The notes beneath the pieces are model-generated. The model did not search any database, was not told the origin of the DNA, and worked only from the letters and a program-made list of their open reading frames with translations. Below are positions 1 to 9,895 of a stretch of 22,285 bases of DNA, piece by piece. Origin of the DNA: Octopus sinensis (taxonomy: Eukaryota). Each line of letters opens with the position of its first letter. Position 1 is the first letter of the stretch. The stretch lies in NCBI RefSeq assembly GCF_006345805.1, contig NW_021836975.1:1-22285 (forward strand), read 5' to 3'. The position numbers and the translations under genes were made by a program.

Positions 1-533
1 ACCCTCTCTCACGAACTTACTGGCCTTGGACAAAATTTACTAACCAATATTCTTTCAGTAGTTAAGGCGGCGAGGAAGTAGAATCGTTAGCGCGCCTTGC
101 AAAATGCTTAGCAGCATTTCATCTGTCTTTACGCTCTGAGTGCAAACTCCACCGAGGTTGACTTTGCCCCTCAGCATTTCGGGGTCGATAAAATAAGTAC
201 CAGTTGTGCACTGGTGTCGATTTAATCGACTACGCCCTCCCATGAACTTGCTGATTTTGTTCCAAAATTAGAAACCAATATTCTTTCAGACGTTAAGGGA
301 GACAAACTGGCAGTATCTTTAGCATGCCGGGTGAAACGCTTAGCAGCATTTTGTCTGTTCTTACGTTCTGAGTTCAAATTCCACCGAGGTTGACTTAGCC
401 TTTCATCCTTTCGGAGGTCGATAAAATAAGTACCAATTGAGAACTGAAAGTCTATGTAATCGACTGAACCCTTCCTAAGAACTTGCTGGTCTTGTGCCAA
501 AATTTGAAACCGGTATTCTGTCAAACGTTGACA
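1..533 (+). mobile_element. Head-to-tail tandem array of tRNA-derived SINE, here called type A (tail of one copy at 1-50, copies at ~65-273 and ~296-510)
   Basis: Heads AAGGCGGCGAG.. and GCAG..GTTAGC; B-box-like GAGTTCAAATTCC; central GCCTTTCATCCTTTCGGGGTCGATAAAATAAGTACC; tail CTTGCTGG(T/C)CTTGTGCCAAAATTTGAAACC. The spacer ACCAATATTCTTTCAG..GTTAAG recurs at 43, 274 and (degenerate) 509. Resembles the octopus tRNA-derived SINEs (OK/OR1/OR2 group); exact family not assignable by eye. Confidence 0.9.
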
Positions 534-699
534 TTCATGATCAAAATTTCATTTTGTTGGTAGCACATTTCTTCATTAACTCGGGTTGTCATGTTTAGAA
601 GTAGGTTAGTGATATGACTCCTCAGACTCAAGGTCTTAAGCCGTGTGTCGTTTTGAGCGTTTGGTTTCTATGGTAAGAAAACTAAGTTACATTGTTACA

Positions 700-2641
700 T
701 CCTGGACGCTGTGTATTCGCCCTCATATATTACATCACAGGAATCTGTTATTAGATCTAGTTTGTGGTTATTAAATTCTTTTAATGCTTCTCCTGATATT
801 TCTTCTACTACAGTTGCCTTCCCATCTTTCATTGACTTTTTTTTTCATATCTTTCTTACGTCTTTCAAATATTTTTTTATTTCATTAACAGCCTCGAAAT
901 TGGGAATAGAAAGTCAGTTCTCACCATCGAACAGTTCTTATGTATATTGATTCCATCAGGATGTAATCTGATCATGATCAAACAGTAAGTATCAAACATT
1001 TTTTCCTTAATGTTACCAATTTGTTTACTCATGCATTTTCTGTTCGCGATCTCGTTTATTTCACTGCTTATTTCTCTAGGTTTTTACTGGTTAGGTTTTA
1101 CAACAACTGAACAGTGACCAATTGATCATCCAACCATTTGGGTGTTTGCTCTTCTTACAACCGAAACAGATCTGTTTATTTACACTCCTGTATCTATCTT
1201 CACTTACATTCCTCTGTTTCTCCAATTTGCGATAGAAACTCATCATTAATACATTTTCTTTCCTCATCCATTTCAAGCAAAGTTCCTTCACTGATTAGAA
1301 TATTTCACTTTTGTATTTCGTTTGCAAGAATTTTGTTGTCAACACGTGTAGGGAAATAGATTTTGCTATAAATCCTGATGTTCATTACGCCAGTAATAAA
1401 TACACGCACTGGTTCTATTTCACATCTTTTAATTTCATTTTCCATTGGTCAACCGTTTCAGCAATTAAATAATAGATTCTTTGATTAATCGTTTGGCCAA
1501 TAAACCATTCAGCTAGGTTTGTTATAACTCCTGATACTCATTACGCCAGTAATAAATACACGCACTGGTTCTATTTCACTTCTTTTAATTTCATCTTCAA
1601 TTAGTTAACCGTTTCACCAATTAAATAACAGATTCTTTGATTAATCGTTTGGTCAATAAACCATTCAGCTAGGTTTGTTATAACTCCTGATGTTCATTAC
1701 GCCAATAATAAATACACGCACTGGTTCTATTTCACTTCTTTTAATTTCATTTTCCATTGGTCAACCGTTTCAGCAATTAAATAATAGATTCTTTGATTAA
1801 TTGTCTGGTCAATAAACCATTCAGCTAGGTTTGTCAAAGCCATTTCATCGCCAGTTTTGAAGCAGGTCTGGTGTAGAGAGGGCATTATGCTTGCACACAC
1901 GTTTTAATTATTCTCTATTTTTTCATTCAATTTGTTAAATTTATTACGCAGGACTTGTATTTTTTATTCATTGTTTCGCCATTCCACATTATATTTCCAT
2001 GTGCATCCTGTTTTAATAAGGTTAGATATAATACTCATTTATTAATCATTTTAATTTTCGTAAGTTCCATTTGTAATTTAATTAGCAGCGGATTATAATC
2101 TGGACTGATATATCAGCACTTGAGTATGTTTATGTAAATCTCACGCAATTCCTTAACCGCTGGCTTATCAATACAAACTCGATTTGATTACATATTATGT
2201 CACCGTGACATTTCCGCGTCCATAATCTTCAGCCGAGCGATTGCTGGAATAGAATGGTGAACGTTGGTGACAAATAAATTGTGTCTTTGATAAAAATCAA
2301 TCATTAGATCACCTTTTCCTTTCAGCAATTCTTTCTTTCACCATTTCTTCGCCCAAAACCATAATTCACTTTTTATGTTATTCGTATTTTTCACTCGCCG
2401 ATTTTTTCGCACTAAAATCTTCGGTTATAAATTTGGTTTCTTTAAGCTTTGGTGCGTCTTATCTCGATTCTGAATTTGTTTGTAGAAATCTTCTGACCTT
2501 CCATCATTGCGTTCTTGAGTAAGAACCAGTACCTGTACGATGCCGATGAAATGTTTACAGAACGATTTATGATTATCTTTCCGTGTCCAGAATCCAATTA
2601 GTGGTTTTCTGTCGGATTCCTCATTATGATTCCAACTCCTT
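700..2641 (-). mobile_element. Decayed RTE-clade non-LTR retrotransposon: APE endonuclease C-terminal half, linker and start of RT, with many stops and frameshifts
   Basis: Manual minus-strand translation gives colinear motifs: GVGII (~2625-2639), QVLVLTQ..EDFYKQIQ, EDFSAK (cf. GDFNAK), NYGFGRRN, GDLMIDFYQRHNLFVTN, RLWT..GDIICNQIEFVLISQRLRN (~2165-2190), SADI.SDYNPL, LLFDHDQI..WNQY..ELFD, KSMKDGKATVVEEISGEALK (~815-838), LDLITDSCDVIY. These match the BovB/RTE-type ORF layout. Confidence 0.88.
1374..1834. repeat. Tandem triplication of a 156-bp unit embedded in the RTE linker region
   Basis: Units start CCTGAT(G/A) at 1374, 1530 and 1686; the third copy is truncated at ~1834; the copies are highly similar. 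Confidence 0.97.
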
Positions 2642-2660
2642 CGCTATAATTATTTTCTAA

Positions 2661-2985
2661 GGCGCATGGCTCAGTGGTTAGAGCGCTGGGCTCACAATCC
2701 GGTGCTAATTAAATTACAAAAGGGGTTCGATTCCTGGATTAGGTTGTATGCTGTGTTCTTGAGCAAGACACTTTATTTCACGTTCACCCAGTTCAGTCAG
2801 CTGTACAAATGACTTACCAAGCTGTACTGGATTTTTGCCCTCTCTTGGATAACAGCAATAGCGTGGAGAGGGTAGGCTGGTATGCACGGGTTACTGCTGC
2901 CCGAACTTTTGTCTGGCTGAGTAATTTTCTAGGTGCAATCCCATGGTCATTCGTTACCGAAAGGTGGTCTAAACAACTTCCTGTG
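2661..2985 (+). mobile_element. tRNA-derived SINE (type C head) with CORE-like segment and long 3' tail
   Basis: A-box GGCTCAGTGG, B-box GGTTCGATTCC, then TGTTCTTGAGCAAGACACTTTATTTCACGTT..CAGTTCAGTCAGCTGTACAAATGA. The same head occurs at 6013 and 21832. Confidence 0.85.
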
Positions 2986-3004
2986 ACATCCCCTCGCAAA
3001 TCTA

Positions 3005-3043
<39 letters not shown>

Positions 3044-3189
3044 CACACCATCATCCACACGTCTATACATGCACACACGCACACCCCAAGGTCACTAATC
3101 CCCTTCCACACGCACATACACGCTCTCACATACACACGCACGTGCACCTTCGCTTTGGTATTACCACTGCTTTATTATCTCCCCTTCTT

Positions 3190-3430
3190 CCTAGCTCCCC
3201 TGTGTGATTCCTCTGTCCGGCATTCGCCATGATAGATCGTTAGCCACTATACCCTTTTATATTTTCTCTCCGTGTGTCTTACTTCAGCCTTTTCCCCATC
3301 CGGACCTTGTCTTTCTTCTCTTTCTGACGAAGTGTCAAGATCGAAACGTTATAGACCCACTCTCGTTTTTTCCATCTTATACTGGGCGCCCATGTGTAGG
3401 TCCTTTTGACTTTTGTTGTGTTTGTTCTTT
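3190..3430 (+). mobile_element. Probable Penelope-like element terminal fragment with degenerate minimal hammerhead core (3319-3355)
   Basis: TCTTT-CTGACGA-AGTGTCAAGATC-GAAAC-GTT-ATAGA in a pyrimidine-rich context similar to 22090-22285. Stem I has 4 of 5 pairs; stem II is largely disrupted. Confidence 0.55.
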
Positions 3431-3469
3431 TTTTAGTTGCTTTTAATTTTCCATTTGCCCATACATACA

Positions 3470-3500
3470 TTACATACATACATACATACATACATACATC

Positions 3501-3531
<31 letters not shown>

Positions 3532-3602
3532 ATATAATATATATATATGTATATATATATATATGTATATAATATATGTATATTATATATGTATATATAT
3601 AC
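3470..3602. repeat. (TACA)n/(TA)n compound microsatellite
   Basis: Direct reading. Similar (TA)n/(CA)n tracts at ~3004-3041, 4030-4255, 4740-5062, 8925-9245, 9925-10460, 13190-13545, 14270-14880 and 17915-18170. Confidence 0.97.
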
Positions 3603-3767
3603 ATTACATTATTCTTATAATTTACTTAATCTTTACTTTTTAATTGTTATTTTACTTTTAACTTTTCTATTATATGTAATTTTCTAGATGGTGTAATTTA
3701 ATTATTCATTTTGAATTGATAAAATATGTTTTTTTAAATATTTTATTATATGTAGTATATATATATA

Positions 3768-4029
3768 CTCCGGCAGGGATGGTGGTGATCCCTGCTGTAC
3801 TCTTTCACCACAACTTTCTCTCACTCTTACTTCCTGTTTCTGTTGTACCTGTATTTCAAAGGGCCGGCCTTGTCACTCTCTGTCTCACGCTGAATATCCC
3901 CGAGAGCTACGTTAAGGGTACACGTGTCTGTGGAGTGCTCAGCCACTTACACGTTAATTTCACGAGCAGGCTGTTCCGTTGATTCGGATCAACCGGAACC
4001 CTCGTCGTCGTAACCGCGGAGTGCTTCCA
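3768..4029 (+). mobile_element. Interspersed retroposon-like repeat (probably an RTE-type 3' end or RTE-tailed SINE) embedded between TA tracts
   Basis: GC-richer block ending ..GAACCCTCGTCGTCGTAACCGCGGAGTGCTTCCA and running into (TA)n. I recognise it as a common octopus repeat; class and orientation are inferred. Confidence 0.5.
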
Positions 4030-4062
<33 letters not shown>

Positions 4063-4087
4063 ATATATATTATATATATATATCTGC

Positions 4088-4122
<35 letters not shown>

Positions 4123-4262
4123 ATATATATATAGATATGCTATATATGTATAATATATATAATATAGATATATACAAATATATATATATATATATATATG
4201 ATATATATATATATTTGTGTGTATATATGTGTATATATGTATGTATGTATGTATGTTTTTAC

Positions 4263-4419
4263 ACGAGGAGCTTCTTTCTGTTTTCGTGTACCAATTCCAC
4301 TTGCAAGGCTTTAGTTCGTCCGAGTCTATAGTACAAGACACCTGCCTAAGGTGCCACGCAGTGGGACTGAACCCAGAAACCATTTGGTTGGGAAGCAAGC
4401 TTCTTACCACACAGCCACT
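4263..4419 (-). mobile_element. tRNA-derived SINE (type M), 5' half only
   Basis: Reverse complement reads AGTGGCTGTGTGGTAAGAAGCTTGCTTCCCAACC..GGGTTCAGTCCCACTGCGTGGCACCTTAGGCAGGTGTCTTGTACTATAG..GAAAACAGAAAGAAGCTCC, homologous to 5064-5452. Confidence 0.88.
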
Positions 4420-4873
4420 TACATATTATTTAAATATTTACCGTCTCAGCACGGTTTTACTTTCCATCACTGCAGCAGAATGTTTACGTGTTCACTTGTC
4501 ATTACACTAATCGGTAATGTCGTGATTAAAAACAAATAAATAATCTCCGTCGTAATTAACGGATACAACTGACATTTCGAATCAATGCCGCTGTAACGTG
4601 CGTAAAACGTTCATGATCACTTTTTAAAAATATTAACTTATAAAATATTAACTGAGGAAAATATTTCATAAAACATTAATGATAGAGAAAAATGTTCAGT
4701 AAATTTAATGAAGAGATGAATTTCTGATTCTCAATATTATATATATGTATATATATATATAATTTTAAAGTGATTTTGCTATGTCTGATATGAGAGAAAA
4801 TATATACGGCCATACATACATACATCAAAATTAGTATACATATTCTATATGCGTGTATATATATATCTATATC

Positions 4874-4941
<68 letters not shown>

Positions 4942-5063
4942 CTATATATATATATATCTAATCTATACATATATATATATATATATATTCATACATATAT
5001 ATATATCAATATCTATATCTGTACATATATATATATATATTTATCTATATCTATATATATATA

Positions 5064-5452
5064 CTCTTTTAGTCTTTTAGTTGTTTCAGTTATTTAACTG
5101 TGGCCATGCTGGAGCACCGCCTTTAGTCGAGCAAATCGACCCCAGGACTTATTCTTTGTAAGCCTAGTACTTATTCTATCGGTCTTTTGTCGAACCGCTA
5201 AGTTACGGGGACGTAAACACACCAGCATCTGTTGTCAAGTGATGTTGGGGGAACAAACACAGACACACAAACACATATATATATACATATACATATATAC
5301 GACGGGCTTCTTTCAGTTTCCGTCTACCAAGTCCACTCAGAAGGCTTTGGTCAGCCCGAGTCTATAGTAGAAGACACTTGCCCAAGCTGCCACGCAGTGG
5401 GACTAAACCCGGAACCATGTAGTTCATGAGCAAGCTACTTACCACACAGCCA
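5064..5452 (-). mobile_element. tRNA-derived SINE (type M), near full length, with internal (TA/TG)n and (AAAAGAGT)-like tail
   Basis: tRNA-like head at 5400-5452; conserved block TTGGTAGACGGAAACTGAAAGAAGCCCGTCG (possibly the Meta domain, unverified); 3' part GACCGATAGAATAAGTACTAGGC..GGGTCGATTTGCTCGAC resembles the type A centre. Confidence 0.9.
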
Positions 5453-5548
5453 TATATATATATATATATATATCAATCCAGTAAGAGTATTTTGGTTGGA
5501 GAAAAACTACACATCATATGCACTACGCAGGCACACACAAACACACAC

Positions 5549-5607
<59 letters not shown>

Positions 5608-6012
5608 GCAGACACAACTTATTTATATAGTAAAGAGATAAGGATAATGTATTCAGGCGGGTACCGTTGGAGCACTTAATTATAATCCATGGTATGTCTA
5701 ACCATTTGATTCGTAAGAAGGATATTTGAGGTAAGCAGTCCCGGTCGAGTACATTCTATGGGAAAATCCTCGATTCGCTTCACTGGATTATAAATAGTTT
5801 ACCCTGTGTCTATTCATGCGCATATTTAATGTTTCTACAGTTAGGTATACGGTACATTTAATTTAAATTTGTTCGACGCACGTTTCTGCGGCAAATGCAA
5901 TTGCGTTTCGTCTCGCAAATGAAATTGCGAGATAAACGTGCATAAAGGTTTCTGCAGCAGAAACGCGTGTAGGACAAATAATTTGATTTATGTGTATGCT
6001 TATATACACACG

Positions 6013-6265
6013 TGGAGGCGCGTGGCTTAGAGGTTAGGGTGTCAGCATCATGATTGTAAGATTCTGGTTTCGATTCCTGGACCGGGCGAGGCGTTGTGTT
6101 CTTGAGCAAAACACTTCATTTCACGTTGCTCCAGTCCACTCAGCTGGCAAAAATGAGTAACGCTGCGATGGACTGGTGTCCCGTCCAGCTGGGGAACACA
6201 TACGTCATAGAAACCGGGAAACCGGACCCATGAGACTGGCCAAGCTTTAAAAGGGCGCATTTATT
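6013..6265 (+). mobile_element. tRNA-derived SINE (type C head, alternative tail)
   Basis: GGAGGCGCGTGGCTTAGAGGTTAGG..TTTCGATTCC; TGTTCTTGAGCAAAACACTTCATTTCACGTTGCTCCAG..AAAAATGAGTA; tail GCGATGGACTGGTGTCCCGTCCAG, different from the 2661 copy. Confidence 0.88.
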
Positions 6266-6419
6266 TTATTAATTTTATATATACTCACACTAAAACACAC
6301 ACAAACACGCGTGCACGCACACACACAAACAAACACACATGTACACACAAACACACACACACATCTTCGTTTGTGAGACACTAGAAAGAACTTGAACAAA
6401 GGAAGCATGTCATTGATGA

Positions 6420-6578
6420 GGCTTCGAATAGCGGCGAAAAAGCTTTGACAACCGATTAGCTGTTTAGCCAACAAAACAAAGGATCGATTAGTTACTTGTC
6501 GAGCCAACCGAGAAATCACATACAAAAAAAGTGATATTGAATCAGTGCGTGTGTTTATCATTATTGGCGTAATGAACC
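6420..6578 (+). repeat. Diverged single copy of the same unknown repeat that is triplicated at 1374-1862 (opposite orientation)
   Basis: GCTTTGACAACC..AAAAGTGATATTGAATCAGTGCGTGTGTTTATCATTATTGGCGTAATGAACCTC versus the reverse complement of 1686-1862: GCTTTGACAAACC..AGAAGTGAAATAGAACCAGTGCGTGTATTTATTATTGGCGTAATGAACATC. Confidence 0.8.
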
Positions 6579-6584
6579 TCCAAA

Positions 6585-6800
6585 AAGGCGGCTAGATAGC
6601 AGAAACGTAAGCACGCTGGGCGAAATGCATACCGCTATTTCGTCTGTCTTTAAGTTCTGGGTTCAAATTCCGGCAAGGTCAACTTTGCCTTTCATTCTTT
6701 CGGGGTTGATAAACAAAGTATCAGTTGTGTGCTGGGGTCGATCTAATCGACTGACACCCCCACCCCAAATTTCGGACCTTGTGCCTAGAGTAGAAAAGAA
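6585..6800 (+). mobile_element. tRNA-derived SINE type A
   Basis: AAGGCGG..GCAGAAACG..GGGTTCAAATTCC..GCCTTTCATTCTTTCGGGGTTGATAAA..GGGGTCGATCTAATCGACT..GGACCTTGTGCCTAGAGTAGAAA. Confidence 0.9.
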
Positions 6801-7094
6801 AAGAAGGAACCTCCAAAAATACAAGATACATATATATACATACATACTTTGCAAGAGAAAAAATTAGATGAGAGGCAAACACAGATTTAACCCACGGTGG
6901 AAATATCATTGATAGTTTATCCTGAATTTTCAGTTGCATTGCCATAGTAAATTACATCGAAATTTAATTAACTTGTGACCTGATACCCAGTGCCCTAGCC
7001 GAAGAGCATACTGTGACATAAACTTGATGCCCTGAACCCAGTCTCTGCATCCCACCACATATATGTGCATGTATATATATATATATATATACTC

Positions 7095-7337
7095 TCAACA
7101 ATTGAGGGTAAAATTAATTAATTAATCAATTTCACCATGAGAGAGGTTTTCTTTAAGTATTAGAAATAGCTTTAAAAAAGTTTTTTAGCTGCTATTTCTA
7201 ATGAGTTCAGTATGCGGCAAAGTAATTTATTTTACTAAGCCCTTTTATATAGTGTCTATTTGAATTCGCTTAATTGGTCCCTTGCATACTGAATACTTGG
7301 TGAATTGATTAATTAATTAATTTTACCCTCTTGTTGA
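7095..7337. mobile_element. MITE / fold-back element with ~40-bp terminal inverted repeats
   Basis: TCAACAATTGAGGGTAAAATTAATTAATTAATCAATTTCACCA (7095-7137) versus TGGTGAATTGATTAATTAATTAATTTTACCCTCTTGTTGA (7298-7337). Confidence 0.88.
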
Positions 7338-7680
7338 AATTAAATTCTCTCTCTCTATATAATGCCTCGGATTTTACCGAAAAAAGCATAGTGTTTACGA
7401 TTTTAACCCACGCTGGTGTGGAAAGGGGAGAGCAGAAATTCTTCGCTTGCATTTTTAGTTTGCTGGCACTGTTAGTTTCGAGCAGATCTTCAGAAGCGAT
7501 AAGAAGCCGAAGGGTTATGCTCCCACTTCCGTGTTTTCAAATCAAAACAGGGAGTTCTGAGCTGATGATAGAAATGCGAGTTTGACTAATCTTGAAACGT
7601 ACGTTCTCAAATAACCTTTGCATTTGATTTTTTAATGTCTCTACCCCATACTTTCGTGAGTTGAATTGAGCAACACTATA

Positions 7681-7793
7681 TGAGAGAGTTTTCTTTAAGT
7701 ATTGAAATAGCTTTAAAACAGTTTGGTTAGCTGCTATTTCTAATGAGTTCGGTATGCGGCAAAGTAATTTATTTTACTAAGCCCTTTTATATA
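7681..7793 (+). repeat. ~113-bp segment directly repeated inside the MITE at 7138-7251
   Basis: TGAGAGAG(G)TTTTCTTTAAGTATT..GCTGCTATTTCTAATGAGTTC(A/G)GTATGCGGCAAAGTAATTTATTTTACTAAGCCCTTTTATATA at both sites, with a few differences. Confidence 0.95.
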
Positions 7794-7803
7794 ATATATA
7801 TAC

Positions 7804-7834
<31 letters not shown>

Positions 7835-8558
7835 TTGTGTGTGATTGTATGTGTGTGTGTGTGTGTGTTAATGGCAGGCAAGAATTCATATCGGTACTGA
7901 AAATTTCTTACTGATATAAACCAAACGTTGCATCCTTTCGACCCACGAATGCCAGAACCACCTGAAAAGCGAAGGCGAAGAAGAGGAGGAGAACCACAAA
8001 ACAAGAAGCATACATATTTGATATTTTTATATCAGCGTGAAACATCATAGGAAATAATAGGAATTCTCGATTTGATATCCTTATTTACTTTCATTGTGTT
8101 CACATACTCACGCACACATACACACACGTACATCTACACACATATATATAGACAGACACACCTCCATTTACATATACATACACATGCATACAGATGCACA
8201 CACACACACACACACACGCATATATAAATATATATATATATATATACACGAGCAAATATAGTCACAGCCCCATGTATAGATGTGTACAGATATAAATATA
8301 TATACATATATAAAATACATATATATATACATAGGTATGTGTGTCTGTGTGTCTTTATATCAATATATGAGGATGTCATTTCTGTATGTGTTAAGGTACG
8401 TAGGTGTAAGCAGAATTAGCAATAAATTAGCAATGCTTGCCAAAAATAATTAAATACAATACATAATAAGAAATAAATAGTGTATTGTTTTATATGAGAA
8501 TAAATACGGAAAACGAGATCAAAGATTTCACTGTTTATACACACACAACACACCAGAC

Positions 8559-8600
<42 letters not shown>

Positions 8601-8718
8601 TATATAATTATATATATACATAGAGTCAGAGAGAAAGAGAGATATAAAAAACTTAATCTCCTTAAATACATATAACACAGGCTCACATACATACTCACAA
8701 ACATGCATATATATATGC

Positions 8719-8758
<40 letters not shown>

Positions 8759-8930
8759 TTATGGCAGTATCCATTCATCTCTCCTTACATTCCATTTCAT
8801 ATTCTTTCCCTTTTTAATCCTTTCATTGCTTACATAAGCATTTTTATTTAATTTCCCAATCTATACACAGAAATATATACATAAGCACGAATGCGTCTGC
8901 GAGGCACTGTGCGCGTGTATTCATACATAC

Positions 8931-8967
<37 letters not shown>

Positions 8968-8995
8968 TCTATATATATATATATATTATATTATG

Positions 8996-9026
<31 letters not shown>

Positions 9027-9156
9027 CATTATATATATATTTATGTATATATCGGTATATATCCTCTATATAAATTGAGAATCATTCGTAAATATATGTC
9101 TGTGTGTATATATGTATGTATGTATGTATGCATGTATGTATATATATATATATGTT

Positions 9157-9189
<33 letters not shown>

Positions 9190-9519
9190 GCATATATATA
9201 TAATGATATCTATACATATATATATATATATATATATTATATACATAGTTTTATAACACCTCAACTAATCACCAAAGCGTATGTTTAATTTAATAGTTCA
9301 CTCTGAACTAAGTTAATTTCTCTAGGAAGCATATGTATATCACACACACACACATACACACACATACATACACACACATACACGCACACACACATATCAA
9401 TATTTATCTATGTATTTATCTATATACATACGTATATTTTTATATATATATATACACATATACATACATGCATACATACATACATACTACATATATATAT
9501 ATATATATATGTATGTATA

Positions 9520-9895
9520 TATATATTCATATAATGATGGCAGTGATAATGATGGTACCGTCAACGACGACAACCGCAAAACCAGAAGAAGAATAATAAG
9601 GATGATGATGAAGATGATTTCAGAAGCAGTAAAACAATAACAACAACAACAGCATCAATAGTAATAATAATCATCATGACAATAATCATAATAATAATAA
9701 TTAAAAATATTTGTTTACATGAAAGAAAAAAATAAAAGTGTATCAAATATAAAATTGTTTCGATTCGTATTTATGATAATTTTATCTTGAAGACAGCTTG
9801 CCAACAATGGCAGCACCAAAAAACCAACAAGAACATCAATATAAACTACAATAACAACAACAATATAATCATCAACGTCAATTTCCACAAGTGAA
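9520..9895. repeat. Compound (GAT)/(AAC)/(AAT) trinucleotide low-complexity tract
   Basis: Direct reading. Confidence 0.85.

Noticed and set aside
2661-2735. tRNA genes (also at 65, 5400, 6013, 18810, 21832)
   Set aside because: A/B boxes are present but there is no complete cloverleaf, and each continues into a shared SINE body; these are tRNA-derived SINE heads.
5657-5845. Splice-like signals (ATTCAG|, |GTATGT, GAG|GTAAGC, TTTCTACAG|TTAG|GT)
   Set aside because: The first acceptor has no polypyrimidine tract, all three frames stop before the stronger donor, and no coherent exon can be built.
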